Source: Gemmatimonadota bacterium
GTDB taxonomy: Bacteria > Gemmatimonadota > Gemmatimonadetes > Palauibacterales > KS3-K002
DNA length: 64,000 nucleotides
Reading direction: 5' to 3'
Assembly: GCA_039586795.1 (NCBI GenBank)
Contig: JBDHJS010000013.1
Span: 13,981-77,980, forward strand
Part shown: piece after piece, positions 36,162 to 46,425 of the stretch
Position numbering within the stretch: the stretch's first letter is position 1
Layout of the letters: every line of letters begins with the position of its first letter
Position numbers and translations under genes: made by a program
The notes under the pieces: generated by a model
What the model was told of the DNA's origin: nothing
Databases searched by the model: none
Seen by the model: the letters and a program-made list of their open reading frames with translations, nothing else

Positions 36162-36452
36162 GTGGAGGATGACTTTCACAGCGGGCAGGCTATTTACTTA
36201 CAACGGGGCAGAACAGTGGGTAGACTCTTAGTCAACGGCATCACTCTTTACCAGGGTCTGATCATCCTCCGGGCCATCCTCTCCTGGGTCGCCGGCCCGA
36301 ACACCGAGAACCGGCTAGTCGAGATACTTCACCAGTTGACGGACCCGGTGCTCAAGCCGGTACGTGAGATGCTTCCCGCTTCCAGCGGGATCGATTTCTC
36401 GCCGCTGGTCGTGCTGATCGGCCTGGAATTGGTAAAGAGGATCTTACTCTGA
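36162..36452 (+). CDS. YggT family membrane protein
   Basis: LYQGLIILRAILSWVAGPN...LTDPVLKPVREMLPASSGIDFSPLVVLIGLELV is the YggT/Ycf19 pattern. The true start is probably internal. Confidence 0.7.
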   Translation: MEDDFHSGQAIYLQRGRTVGRLLVNGITLYQGLIILRAILSWVAGPNTENRLVEILHQLTDPVLKPVREMLPASSGIDFSPLVVLIGLELVKRILL

Positions 36453-37043
36453 ACCCGAGCTGTCGGCCGGGGGCGGATACGTCCATTCCCACGGCTCGAA
36501 CGTCTCGAGGGGAACCGCGCCGATGACCTTGGCCGTCACCAGCTGAGGGAACTCGGCAATGAACTCATTGAAGCGGGCCGCGGCTTCGTTGTACATGCGG
36601 CCCGCTTCGATTATCGCCTGCTCCGTGTCCCGCAGTTGGGACCTGAGCAGCTGATAACCCTGGTCGCTCTCCAGCTGGCTGTAACGGCCCACCGCCGCCA
36701 ACAGCTCGTCCAGCGCCTGCGACAGCCGGGCGCTCCATTCCTCCATATCGCCCAGATCGCCGGCCCGCACCGCGCTGACCAGGCTGGCCCGGGCGTCGGC
36801 GACCGCCGTCACCGACTCGTCGCCCACCGACCCGTAGGCCTGGAGCGCCGCCAGCAGGTTGGGTACGAGCTCCGCCCGGCGCCGTAGTTGGACCTCGATC
36901 TCCGACCGGGCCCGGATCGCCGACTCGTCCAGCTCGTGGATCTGCCCATAGCCGCAGCCCGCCAGCAGTGCTGGCAAAGCGAATACCGCCACGGCGAGCC
37001 GCCGCGGCTTGCGGCCTACGAGTTTGTAGCTTATAGCACCCAT
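36444..37043 (-). CDS. LemA family protein (lipoprotein)
   Basis: EIEVQLRRRAELVPNLLAALQAY...YNEAAARFNEFIAEFPQLVTAKVIG matches LemA. Lipobox LLAGC. Confidence 0.85.
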   Translation of the reverse strand: MGAISYKLVGRKPRRLAVAVFALPALLAGCGYGQIHELDESAIRARSEIEVQLRRRAELVPNLLAALQAYGSVGDESVTAVADARASLVSAVRAGDLGDMEEWSARLSQALDELLAAVGRYSQLESDQGYQLLRSQLRDTEQAIIEAGRMYNEAAARFNEFIAEFPQLVTAKVIGAVPLETFEPWEWTYPPPADSSGSE

Positions 37044-37193
37044 TCCATCAAGAAGCGCCGGCTGCCTGGAGGGTATCCGCCCGTCCCACAGCGGGCGAAA
37101 TGGGTCCGGCCTGTGCGGCGCTTGATAACTCGCGAAATCGTTCCTAGCTTTTTGACGATTCAGCGGGTCAGAACTTTAATTCGGGAGAGCTCA

Positions 37194-37946
37194 ATGAACA
37201 AGCATTGGGTCATGTGTCTTGCCGCCCTGGTGGGGCTGTCGGCATGCCAGAGATCCACCCAACTCGCGGTACGTGCCGTCGCAGAGTCGGGCGACGAGGA
37301 GGTTGCCCGGCAGCAGGAGATCATCCGGCTCCTGCCCTTCGACCGGGATTCGCTATTCACGGCCCTAGCGGCGCTGGCGACGGAATCGGAGCCGGAGCCG
37401 CCCGAGTACCTGGTGGCGCTGCGCGACTCGGTCTCGGCGGCGCGGCAGTTGTGGACGGACTCGGAAGCGGCTTGGAATGACATGCGTTCCGAGATGCAGA
37501 CGCTCTCGGAACAAATGAACGAGATGAACCGGGCGAGCCGTGAGTACGCCAACGCGTATCGCCGCTTCGACGAGTTGGACCGCCAGATTGGGCGGCTCGA
37601 ACGGGCGAAAGACAACTTCTTCGACACGTTCACGGGCCTCCAGGACGCGTACCGGACAAGCGCCGATTCGTTCAACGCAGTGCTCGAGGCGTGGGGTGAC
37701 CGTGCATTCGAGCGTTACGGCGAGATAGTCGACAGCATCATCGAGGTGCGCGGCGAAGAGATGGAGGACACGACGGACGCCGGCGGCTGGGCCTACTTCA
37801 CAGTGCCGAGAGGTACGTGGTGGGTGTATACGCGGACCACGCTGGTATTCGAGGAGCTCTACTGGAACTACGCGTATGAGTCGGAAGGCGGCGTGGACAC
37901 GCTCGTCCTGCGCGCTTCCAACGCTGAAGTCCGCCCGGTCTTCTAG
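37194..37946 (+). CDS. hypothetical coiled-coil lipoprotein
   Basis: Start at MNKHWVMCLAALVGLSAC (lipobox). The middle part is helical and coiled-coil-like. Confidence 0.6.
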   Translation: MNKHWVMCLAALVGLSACQRSTQLAVRAVAESGDEEVARQQEIIRLLPFDRDSLFTALAALATESEPEPPEYLVALRDSVSAARQLWTDSEAAWNDMRSEMQTLSEQMNEMNRASREYANAYRRFDELDRQIGRLERAKDNFFDTFTGLQDAYRTSADSFNAVLEAWGDRAFERYGEIVDSIIEVRGEEMEDTTDAGGWAYFTVPRGTWWVYTRTTLVFEELYWNYAYESEGGVDTLVLRASNAEVRPVF

Positions 37947-38016
37947 TCGCGGGCAGTGAGAAAGCGGGGCGGCGCTCTCAAGCGGAGCGCCGCCTCGCTC
38001 ATTAAAGGAGGTCGCC

Positions 38017-40137
38017 ATGAACCCTTCAGCACCCGACCTCCGACTGGATATTCACGACGGCCTCGCCACTCTCACATTCGATCGTCCCGACTCCAAGGTC
38101 AATCTGCTGACCCGTAGCGCGATGCTGCGGCTAGAAGAGCTGCTGGGCTCTATCGAGGAAGCCGCCGCGTCCGGAACCGCGCGTGCCCTGCTCGTACGCA
38201 GCGGAAAGCCGAACACGTTTATCGCAGGTGCCGACATCGATGAGCTGGGCGCGATCAAGACCGCCGAGCAGGCGATCGAGATGGCCCGGCGCGGTGACGA
38301 CATCTTCAACCGACTCGAGGGCCTCCCGATACCGACGCTGACAGCGATAGACGGCGCCTGCGCCGGCGGCGGCACCGAGCTTATTCTGTCGTGCGATCAT
38401 CGCATCGCCAGCGACTCCAGCAAAACCAAGATCGGTCTCCCCGAGACGCGACTCGGTATTATGCCGGGGCTAGGGGGCACCGTACGCCTCCCGCGTCTGG
38501 TCGGTCTACAGGCTGCCCTCGACATGATCCTATCGGCGAGGTTTGTTAGCGCCGAGCATGCGCTGCGGATTGGGCTCGTCGACAAGGTCATTCCAGTTGC
38601 AGAGTTCGAGGATCAGACGGCGGAGATCGCGGCGGCGCTGGCCCGCGGCGATTCCCCACTACGCCGCCGACGCCCATCCCTGTTGCGCCGCTTCATCGAC
38701 GGGCCCATCGGTCGACCGCTGGTCAAACGGATGACACGCAAAGCCGTCCTCAAGCGCACGCGCGGACACTACCCGGCGATACCGGCGGCGCTCGATGCAG
38801 TCGTCGACGGCCTGGCGATGACGGCGGAAGTGGCGCTGGAGAGAGAAGCGGTGACGTTCGGTCAGCTGACGGTGACGCCCGAATGCAAGAGCCTGATCTT
38901 CGTCTATCGGATCACCGAGGCCGCTCGCAAGATCGCGCCGCAAGGCAAGGCACGGGAGGTGAAGCGGGCGGCGGTCGTCGGCGCCGGGGTGATGGGCGCC
39001 GGGATCGCCGAACTGTTCGCCTACCAGACGATACCGGTGCGCGTCGTCGACATCGACGAAGAACGCGTAACAGCCGGCATCGCAAGAGCGAGGGAGTTGC
39101 TCGAGAAGGCCAGAAAGAAGTCCCGGTGGACGGATGACGAGTTGAAGTCGCGGATCGATTGCCTGGAAGGCGCTATCGAGTTCGACGGCTTCGAAACAAC
39201 AGACGCGGTCGTCGAGGCCGTTCTCGAGCGTATGGAAGTCAAGCGTGACTTGTTCGCAAAGCTCGAAGAACGCGTCACGCCCACAGCGCTTCTCGCCACG
39301 AACACGTCGGCGCTTTCCATCTCGCGGTTGCAGGAAGGTATGTCCCAGCCCGGTCGGGTCTGCGGCCTCCACTTCTTCAACCCGCCGTACCGGATGCCGC
39401 TGGTCGAGATCGTGCGCGGATCGAAGACAACCAACGATGCGCTGGCGACAGCGTTTCAGTTGGCCACGCGCCTGGGCAAGACGCCGGTGATCGTGAGGGA
39501 CGCTCCCGGTTTTGTCGTCAACCGCACCCTGGCCGCCTACCTGACCGAGGCCGGGTTCCTGCTCCAGGAGGGGGTGCCGGTGAAACGTCTGGACCGGATC
39601 ATGACGCGATTCGGGATGCCGGTGGGCCCGCTACGCCTGCTGGACGAGATCGGCCTCGATGTCGTTTCCGAGGTGAGCCGTACGATGCGGGAGGGTTTCG
39701 GCGATCGCTTCGCCACGGCGCCGATCATGGAAGACGTGCTGGCTACCGGGCTGACGGGGCGAAAGAGCGGCGAAGGCTTCTACGTCTACAAGAACGGAAA
39801 GGCGCGGGGTGTCAGCGCCGGGATCGAGGAGATCTGCCGCGCGGTGGCCGGCGATGATCCGCCTGACGAACGGGAAGCGGAGGAGCGCATGGTGTTCGCC
39901 ATGATCAACGAGGCGGCCCGCATCCTGGACGGCGGCATCGTCGACTCTCCGGAGTCGCTGGATGTCGCCATGATCATGGGCACCGGCTTTCCGCCGTTCC
40001 GCGGCGGCCTCCTCCGCTACGCCGACGCCGTGGGGCTTTCGACGGTGTTCGAGCGCCTCCGCACCTTCGCCGCCACGGCCGAACGACTCGAGCCCGCCCG
40101 CGCCCTGCTGGCGCGTCAGGCATTCTACGTCGCCTAG
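38017..40137 (+). CDS. fatty-acid oxidation multifunctional enzyme (enoyl-CoA hydratase + 3-hydroxyacyl-CoA dehydrogenase), FadB/FadJ type
   Basis: N-terminal crotonase fold. Central NAD-binding VVGAGVMGAGIAELFA. C-terminal 3HCDH domains. 706 aa. Confidence 0.92.
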   Translation: MNPSAPDLRLDIHDGLATLTFDRPDSKVNLLTRSAMLRLEELLGSIEEAAASGTARALLVRSGKPNTFIAGADIDELGAIKTAEQAIEMARRGDDIFNRLEGLPIPTLTAIDGACAGGGTELILSCDHRIASDSSKTKIGLPETRLGIMPGLGGTVRLPRLVGLQAALDMILSARFVSAEHALRIGLVDKVIPVAEFEDQTAEIAAALARGDSPLRRRRPSLLRRFIDGPIGRPLVKRMTRKAVLKRTRGHYPAIPAALDAVVDGLAMTAEVALEREAVTFGQLTVTPECKSLIFVYRITEAARKIAPQGKAREVKRAAVVGAGVMGAGIAELFAYQTIPVRVVDIDEERVTAGIARARELLEKARKKSRWTDDELKSRIDCLEGAIEFDGFETTDAVVEAVLERMEVKRDLFAKLEERVTPTALLATNTSALSISRLQEGMSQPGRVCGLHFFNPPYRMPLVEIVRGSKTTNDALATAFQLATRLGKTPVIVRDAPGFVVNRTLAAYLTEAGFLLQEGVPVKRLDRIMTRFGMPVGPLRLLDEIGLDVVSEVSRTMREGFGDRFATAPIMEDVLATGLTGRKSGEGFYVYKNGKARGVSAGIEEICRAVAGDDPPDEREAEERMVFAMINEAARILDGGIVDSPESLDVAMIMGTGFPPFRGGLLRYADAVGLSTVFERLRTFAATAERLEPARALLARQAFYVA

Positions 40138-40140
40138 CCG

Positions 40141-40668
40141 ATGCGCAAGATCGAGCTCCACTATCGCCGGCCGCCCGACCGACTCGATATCTTCGTACAG
40201 GAACTGGTCGTCGACCGCCCCGACGTGAAGATCACGTTGCATGAAAACACGCCGCTCAGCGAGCCGCTCTACGTCGGCCGGACGCGAATCTACGAGCCGG
40301 GCGCGCCCCTCGTCTGGTTCGTCTTCCCCCATGCCTGGCACGATGTCGGCCGCTTCCACCTGAGAGACGGCACGTTTACCGGCTACTACATCAACCTGAT
40401 CACGCCCGTCACCATCGAGGACGATGTCTGGTCCATGTTCGATCTTTGCCTCGACATATGGGTCAATCCCGACGGCACCCACCAGATACTGGATCGCGAT
40501 GAGTTTGATGAAGCGGTCGATCGCCGTTGGATAGACCGCGGAACGGCATCTAGGGCACGCTCAGAACTCGATGCCGTGATCGGTGAGCTCGTCACGGGAC
40601 GCTGGCCGCGGGGTGAGGTGGCGGAGTTCGATTTGGGTCGGGTGAGGACTTTGGCTTTGGGTGGGTAA
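40141..40668 (+). CDS. DUF402 family protein (Ntdp-like nucleoside di/triphosphatase fold)
   Basis: TGYYINLITPV...DLCLDIWVNPDGTHQILDRDEFDEAV. Starts 4 nt after the stop of the FadB/FadJ-type gene. Confidence 0.65.
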   Translation: MRKIELHYRRPPDRLDIFVQELVVDRPDVKITLHENTPLSEPLYVGRTRIYEPGAPLVWFVFPHAWHDVGRFHLRDGTFTGYYINLITPVTIEDDVWSMFDLCLDIWVNPDGTHQILDRDEFDEAVDRRWIDRGTASRARSELDAVIGELVTGRWPRGEVAEFDLGRVRTLALGG

Positions 40669-40777
40669 CTGCACTATTTCGACAGCCGACAACGACTCGA
40701 CGCGCGCAGGAAGTCGAAGATAGAACGTCGAAAGATCAGTCCCTTGCGCGGCACACATTTCCTAGCTAAACGAACAT

Positions 40778-41380
40778 ATGTTCCTGCGCACACTCATACT
40801 AACCGCACTAGTCACAACGCCGGCAACAGCCCAGGACTACCGAACCCTGGGCCCGCCAGACGCCCGCGTAGAGCTGACGGTGTACTCGGATTTCGAGTGC
40901 CCCTACTGCCGCAACTTCGCGCTGGCCGCCCAGCCGGCAATCATCGCCGAATTCGTCCATACCGGTCGCATCCGCATTCGCTTCGTCCACTTCCCGCTCG
41001 CCGCGATTCATCGCAACTCAGTCACGGCGGCAAAGGCGGCGCATTGCGCCGGTCAGGCCGGCCGATTCTGGTCGTACCATGACTACATCTTCGTTCGGCA
41101 GCCCGAGTGGTCGGGTGAAGATCTGGCGCCGCCGGAGCTCTGGGTCCGTTTCGCCGACAACCTGGGGATCGATACCGGGCCGTTCAGAGAATGCCTGGCA
41201 GCGCCCGAAACGCATGCCGCCGTGGAAGAGGATCTACGACAGGCGCTGGGCGCCGGTGCCACCGGCACGCCGACGGTGGTGATCAACGGTGAAGCGGTAG
41301 CGGGAATCTCGTCGTATGAGAGTTTGAGGCACGAGATACTGGATGCCATCGAACGGGCCGGCGGAGGAGACGACCGGTGA
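40778..41380 (+). CDS. DsbA family thiol:disulfide oxidoreductase (secreted)
   Basis: Signal peptide; active site FECPYCRNF. Confidence 0.85.
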   Translation: MFLRTLILTALVTTPATAQDYRTLGPPDARVELTVYSDFECPYCRNFALAAQPAIIAEFVHTGRIRIRFVHFPLAAIHRNSVTAAKAAHCAGQAGRFWSYHDYIFVRQPEWSGEDLAPPELWVRFADNLGIDTGPFRECLAAPETHAAVEEDLRQALGAGATGTPTVVINGEAVAGISSYESLRHEILDAIERAGGGDDR

Positions 41381-42378
41381 GCGCCGAGACCGTGTTGATC
41401 CTGGGCCTGCTGGCCACCGCGGCAGCGATCGGTCTGAGCCTCTACGCGGCGCTGGCGATCCCCGGCGCCCTCGCGTACCTGGGGCTCATCACGCTGCCGC
41501 AGAATCTGAGCGGCCTCTCCTCACCGCTCATCTGGCTCACGCTGCTCGGCCTGCTCGGTATCGAGCTGGCGTCCTGCCACTTCCGGCTGACCGACCTAGT
41601 GTGGAACGTGATCCATACCGTCGCGCGACCGCTCGCCGCGCTGCTCTTCGCGTCCGCTGCTCTCGCCGCGGCTCCGCGTCAGCTGCAGTGGTGGGGCGCA
41701 CTCGCCGCCACTGTCGTCGCCCTCGTGGTCCACATGTCCGTTCTCGCGGTGAGAACCGCCCGACGCACCGCCGGTCCGAGCCCTGCGGCTCGCGGCTTTA
41801 CGGGCATTCAGTTCAGCGTCGCCGCCGTAGTCTCGACACTGGCCTGGACGGCGCCGCCCTTCGCGGCCAGCATCGCCGCCACCCTGGTGCTCGCACCGCT
41901 ACCCTGGTCGCCACGTCTCTGGGGCTCGGCGTCGATGGCGCTGTCCGCGTTCTTCCACACCGTCATCCGCCCGGATCGGCTTCATCGCTGGGAGACCGGG
42001 ACCGGCAAGATATCCCAGCGCCTTCGCCGGGAAGTCGAGGCCGAATTTGGCCGCGACTTCGACACCGTCCGATCGGCTCCGGTGACCCTCGCCCGCCTGG
42101 GACCTAGCTGGCCTTATGTCCGGGGACGGCTGCTGATCGCCTCACGCCGGACGCCGCTCTTCATGCACCGCCGCGGCTTTCGGTCGGACCTGATACCGCT
42201 GTTGCCAGCTCCCGGTCATCTGGACCACGGCGTCCTGATCGAGACCCTCGACCTGGACGCCCCCGTTCCGTACGCCCTCTGCCTCGGCCCGAACGCCCCA
42301 TCCGGCCCCGCCATACTGGCAGCGATCCAATCTGCTCCAGAGCCGGAAGCTGTGGAACAACAGGACGATACGGGGTAG
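41377..42378 (+). CDS. hypothetical polytopic membrane protein (cotranscribed with dsbA-like gene)
   Basis: ATGA overlap with the upstream stop. ~6 hydrophobic helices in the first 200 aa. Confidence 0.55.
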   Translation: MSAETVLILGLLATAAAIGLSLYAALAIPGALAYLGLITLPQNLSGLSSPLIWLTLLGLLGIELASCHFRLTDLVWNVIHTVARPLAALLFASAALAAAPRQLQWWGALAATVVALVVHMSVLAVRTARRTAGPSPAARGFTGIQFSVAAVVSTLAWTAPPFAASIAATLVLAPLPWSPRLWGSASMALSAFFHTVIRPDRLHRWETGTGKISQRLRREVEAEFGRDFDTVRSAPVTLARLGPSWPYVRGRLLIASRRTPLFMHRRGFRSDLIPLLPAPGHLDHGVLIETLDLDAPVPYALCLGPNAPSGPAILAAIQSAPEPEAVEQQDDTG

Positions 42379-42648
42379 AAACATTTGTAGTCAACGCAAT
42401 TAACTGTAGTTCTTGCTACCAGTTCGCCCTCTGTTCGGGGTTTACGGGAAAACGGGTTTCGTATATAATAGGCAGTCTTGCATAGCTACTCTTTCTGGTC
42501 GTCCGTTACCGCCGCTGGGAGCATTTGGGGCGGGCTGGTTGGCGTGAGCACCGGCGCCCGGGCGGCGTTTTATGTCGGCGAGAGCGGATACCGGCTCTCG
42601 CTTTTCTTGTCTAAAGTTCATCGTTCCTAGAGTCGCAGCGGAGAGCGC

Positions 42649-43509
42649 ATGTACTTCAGCTCCAAGGCCTTAGACTCCTTCGACCAGTATCTCCACGACG
42701 TCGAGAAATACCCCCTCATCGAGGATGCCGCGACCGAGCGTGAAATCGCGCGCAAAGCCAGAGCTGGCGATCGCCGGTCGGCTGAGCGGCTGGTCACGGC
42801 GAACCTGCGGTTCGTGATCTCTTACGTGAAGAAGTATCAGGGACGCGGACTGAACCTCGCCGAGCTGGTCTGCATCGGCAACGAGGGACTGTTGAAGGCG
42901 GTCAAGAAATTCGACCCCGACAAGGGCGTCAAGTTCATCTCGTACGCGGTGTGGTGGATCCGTCAGACGGTATTGCAGGCGCTGGCCGAGCAGACGCGAT
43001 CGGTGCGGATTCCACTGAACCAGAACTCGAACCTCGTGAAGCTGTCGCGGACCGAGACGGCGCTGACGCAGCAGCTGGGGCGCACGCCGACGGACCGTGA
43101 GATCGCCGACCGGATGGGCGAGCCGGTACAGACGATTCGAGCGCTGCGGCGTGTAGCGTCGGCCGAGCTCAGCCTCGACGCGCCGCTCGACCGGACGGAC
43201 CGGGACAGCGCCTCGTTCGGCGAGCGTTTTTCGGGTCTCGAGGACGAAGATATCCAGGACGAGGTCGAGCATCAGGCGCGGCGTCATTTCTTGCAGGAGA
43301 TGTTCCGGAAGTACCTGACGGAGCGCGAACGCAAGATCCTGGTTCTTTACTACGGACTCGATGATGGCGAAGAGATGACTCTCGAGGAGATCGGCTCTTT
43401 GCTTGGCGTTACTCGTGAGAGGATCCGTCAAATCCGAAACCGTGCTTTTGAGAAACTTCGTCAGTCGCCTGATGGGACGGCGCTGGAAGGATTCTGGGCG
43501 CCATCTTGA
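42649..43509 (+). CDS. rpoD: RNA polymerase primary sigma factor, short FCB-type (no region 1.1)
   Basis: 286 aa. Regions 2-4: LRFVISYVKKYQGRGLNLAELVCIGNEGLLKAVKKFDPDKGVKFISYAVWWIRQTV and the 4.2 helix-turn-helix MTLEEIGSLLGVTRERIRQIRNRA. Confidence 0.85.
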   Translation: MYFSSKALDSFDQYLHDVEKYPLIEDAATEREIARKARAGDRRSAERLVTANLRFVISYVKKYQGRGLNLAELVCIGNEGLLKAVKKFDPDKGVKFISYAVWWIRQTVLQALAEQTRSVRIPLNQNSNLVKLSRTETALTQQLGRTPTDREIADRMGEPVQTIRALRRVASAELSLDAPLDRTDRDSASFGERFSGLEDEDIQDEVEHQARRHFLQEMFRKYLTERERKILVLYYGLDDGEEMTLEEIGSLLGVTRERIRQIRNRAFEKLRQSPDGTALEGFWAPS

Positions 43510-43524
43510 TTTCCTTCCTATAAG

Positions 43525-43557
43525 GAAAAAAGGCGAGGCTCTTAGCCTCGCCTTTTT
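43525..43557 (+). terminator. rho-independent terminator after rpoD (bidirectional A/T tracts)
   Basis: aaaaaaGGCGAGGCTcttAGCCTCGCCttttt: 9-bp GC-rich stem, 3-nt loop, T5 tract. Confidence 0.85.
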
Positions 43558-43563
43558 ACATCT

Positions 43564-43748
43564 GGACAGCCGACAGCCGACAGCCGCCGCTCGACGGTCG
43601 CATCCTGTTCGGCGACCGACGTCCGACGCCCGATGTTCGCGTTCGACGTTCGAGGGCGTTGAACTACGTGCGTCGGGCGTCGGGAGTTGGTCGGCGAGAG
43701 GTTTACGTAGCCGTCGTGCGTCGGTTACTGGCTGTCGGCTGTCGTCGC
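43564..43748. repeat. family-B MITE-like element (185 bp) with 25-bp terminal inverted repeats made of GACAGCC heptads
   Basis: Left GGACAGCCGACAGCCGACAGCCGCC, right GGCTGTCGGCTGTCGTCGC. The interior is homologous to the copy at 48196-48353. Confidence 0.75.
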
Positions 43749-44189
43749 TATTCCCGACGATCCCGACTTTCTCGATTTCACGATTCCCACCAGCGCCAGC
43801 ACAAAAATCGCCACGATGACAATCTGGCTGATCACGCACCATTGGCATATGGCGCGTATCCAGAAGATCTCGGCGTAGGTGAGATAGAGCGTGAATACGA
43901 CGGCCACGCCCGACAGGATGGCCAGCAGTTTGTCGGGTCGGACATCGTCTAGCCAGCGCGGTTGAAGGCCGGCGATGGCGATGGCGAATAGGGCGATGTA
44001 GCCCGCTGCCCCTATACCCGACACGGGCATCCCGAGAAACATCGCGTAGGGCGACGCGTTGACCGCATCGCAACCCTGCGTCACGGTGCAGCTCAGGCTG
44101 CCGATGTAGCCCAGCTTGGCCAGCAACAGATAGACGGAATCGAGAAGACCCAGAAGGGCGAGAACCGCTATGGCCCGCCGTCTGTTCAC
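43725..44189 (-). CDS. vitamin K epoxide reductase (VKOR) family protein
   Basis: 4-5 TM helices; loop cysteines CTVTQGC; active-site CQWC. The last 6 codons and the stop lie inside the family-B element inverted repeat. Confidence 0.85.
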   Translation of the reverse strand: MNRRRAIAVLALLGLLDSVYLLLAKLGYIGSLSCTVTQGCDAVNASPYAMFLGMPVSGIGAAGYIALFAIAIAGLQPRWLDDVRPDKLLAILSGVAVVFTLYLTYAEIFWIRAICQWCVISQIVIVAIFVLALVGIVKSRKSGSSGIATTADSQ

Positions 44190-44869
44190 TGCTTCGCCAG
44201 CTCCTCCTCGACAACCGCCGACATTCCGTCGTAGCTCATCGCGCCGACCACCACTCGGCCGTTGATGAAGAAGGTCGGCGTCTGGTTGAGACCCAGCTGG
44301 CGAGCACGTGTCTGACTGGCGAGCACGATCTCACGGTACTTGTCCGAGTCGATGCAGTCTATCAAGGTGCGTCCATCTATCCCGAGCCCGTCGGCGTACT
44401 GCCGGATCTTCCGCTCCGGATTTCGATCGGTACCCCACTCGCGCATCCGACTGAACAGTACCTTCTGCATGGCCCAGAACGCGTTCTGGTCTCCAGCACA
44501 GCGCGCCGCCACCGCGCCGAGCTCCGACGCGCCCGGGTGAAGCGGAAAATCGTAGAATACGAAACGCGCCTTCCCAGTGTCGACGTAGTCGGAGAAGATC
44601 TGCGGCAGCGTGAGCGTTGCCACCATCCCGCAGGCCGGGCACTGGTAGTCCGCATACTCCTCGATCAAAACCGGAGCATCCTCCTGACCACGGAACACAC
44701 CGACGTCGGCGGAGACGAGATCGGCACCCGTGAGATCGGGCGGCGTGAAGTCCACCGCGCCGGCCTCCGCCCCGCGCTGGTTATTCATCACTACATATGC
44801 GATCAGCCCTCCGCCGGCGATCAGGATCACCGCGAGCATGCCATAGAATTTCGACTGCGAGTTTGCCAT
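44186..44869 (-). CDS. DsbA/thioredoxin-like thiol:disulfide oxidoreductase (VKOR partner)
   Basis: N-terminal anchor. CPAC active site in YADYQCPACGM. Its stop overlaps the VKOR start. Confidence 0.85.
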   Translation of the reverse strand: MANSQSKFYGMLAVILIAGGGLIAYVVMNNQRGAEAGAVDFTPPDLTGADLVSADVGVFRGQEDAPVLIEEYADYQCPACGMVATLTLPQIFSDYVDTGKARFVFYDFPLHPGASELGAVAARCAGDQNAFWAMQKVLFSRMREWGTDRNPERKIRQYADGLGIDGRTLIDCIDSDKYREIVLASQTRARQLGLNQTPTFFINGRVVVGAMSYDGMSAVVEEELAKQ

Positions 44870-44916
44870 TCAAATACCTCTTTTCGCCCTCCGCTGGGTC
44901 ACTCCAATTGGTCTCC

Positions 44917-46425
44917 CTATTCGAACTGAATCACGTCACTAAGCTGACCGGTCACAACCAGGTAAGCTAATCCTATCACGATTACCGCCAAGATGAAGAT
45001 CAGCGCGATCTTGACCGGCCGCGGCAGAAATCGCCGACGCTCGCCGCCCAGTCGAGTGAGCTTCGGCAAGAAAGCGTCCTGCCATACGCCCACAATCTCC
45101 CGACTCAGGCCCGCCCATCCCGTCGCATACGCCTGGTCGAGCTCGCGGAGCCTCTCCTGCCAGACGCCGTAGGCCGCCTGCAGCTCGGCGCGACCTTTCT
45201 CGGCCGCTCCCTCCAGATCGCCGGCCGATTTGGTCACCTGGCTCAACGTTGCCTCCACGGAACCTACACCGCGCGTCAATCGTTGGCGTAGCCCCGCAAG
45301 CTCCTTCTCCGAAGGCATGAAACGCTTGCGCGCTTTGCGCCAGGGGATGCGTCGATTGGCCGCCACACGCCGGATCTGGCGCTCGAAGGCACGGACGGTG
45401 GCGTCGGAAACCGTCGCAACGTTCTCGAGCACAGCTTCCCACAGCGTTCGCCCGTCAAGCGCCTGGGCTGCCGATTTCAGGTCCGCCGCAGTCGCGGCTT
45501 CGCGCTTCGCCTTCAGCAAAGCGGCCTCGTAGATGTTGCGCAGGTCGCGCAAGTGCTCCTCGAGGAAACCGACGGGCAGCACCGACGACATCTGTAGCCT
45601 GTCGATGGTGGCGCCCAGCGGGCGGTCCGAGCCGCTGCCCACAGCGCCCAGGGAAGCCTCGAATTCCGGTATGGAGAACCGGCGCTTCAGGTCGGTGGTC
45701 GCGGCTACCTCCGGGGCCGGGCGCGAAAGCTCGGGCGCTGGAGCTTCCGCTTCGACCGCGGGCGGCGGCGCCGCGTCAGGCACGGGCGCAGGCTCCCCCT
45801 CGGCCTGAGGCTTCGTCTTCAGCGGCCCCTCCTCGGCGGAAACACCCAGCAGGCCGCTGGAGTACCGCGTGGCAAGTCCACGAATCGTCTGGATCTGTGC
45901 GTCGGTCAGGTAGAGAAACTCGAGCTGCGTGGCGCCGCTGCCAACTCGCAGCAGTCGTCCGAACTTCGCCTGGGTCATATCGACCTTGGTGATGCGGTCC
46001 CACGGGATCCGGAAGTGGCGGCCGCCGCGCTCGAAGACGTGGAGCGCCTGGTCGGTAACGACGGCCAGCGCCATTCCCTTGAACCGCTCCATCTCCACCA
46101 GACCCGACATGGCGACGGGTGTGGCGAAGACCACCCGCTCACCTTCCAGCGCCTCGCGATCGGACAGCGCCAGGTGGTCTAGCTTGGCCCGGTTACGAAG
46201 CTCGGCGGCCAGCGACGCCAGATCTTCATGCACGCCTCGCAGCGCCAACGCGACTTGCGTGCCCATCACAAGAAGGATCGAACCGCGCAACGCAACGCCC
46301 AGTAATGTCGAGTAAGGGACTTGCTGTTTGTTGATGTAGAGCCCTTCCTGGGCCGCCAGCACTCGAGCGCCCCGCTCCGAGCCCATCCCCTCGATTACGA
46401 CGTCAAACGTGCCCTCGTAGCTCAT
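44917..46425 (-). CDS. hypothetical protein with Pro/Ala-rich linker and C-terminal membrane anchor
   Basis: 502 aa. C-terminal TM KIALIFILAVIVIGLAYLVV. No recognisable catalytic motif. Confidence 0.55.
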   Translation of the reverse strand: MSYEGTFDVVIEGMGSERGARVLAAQEGLYINKQQVPYSTLLGVALRGSILLVMGTQVALALRGVHEDLASLAAELRNRAKLDHLALSDREALEGERVVFATPVAMSGLVEMERFKGMALAVVTDQALHVFERGGRHFRIPWDRITKVDMTQAKFGRLLRVGSGATQLEFLYLTDAQIQTIRGLATRYSSGLLGVSAEEGPLKTKPQAEGEPAPVPDAAPPPAVEAEAPAPELSRPAPEVAATTDLKRRFSIPEFEASLGAVGSGSDRPLGATIDRLQMSSVLPVGFLEEHLRDLRNIYEAALLKAKREAATAADLKSAAQALDGRTLWEAVLENVATVSDATVRAFERQIRRVAANRRIPWRKARKRFMPSEKELAGLRQRLTRGVGSVEATLSQVTKSAGDLEGAAEKGRAELQAAYGVWQERLRELDQAYATGWAGLSREIVGVWQDAFLPKLTRLGGERRRFLPRPVKIALIFILAVIVIGLAYLVVTGQLSDVIQFE

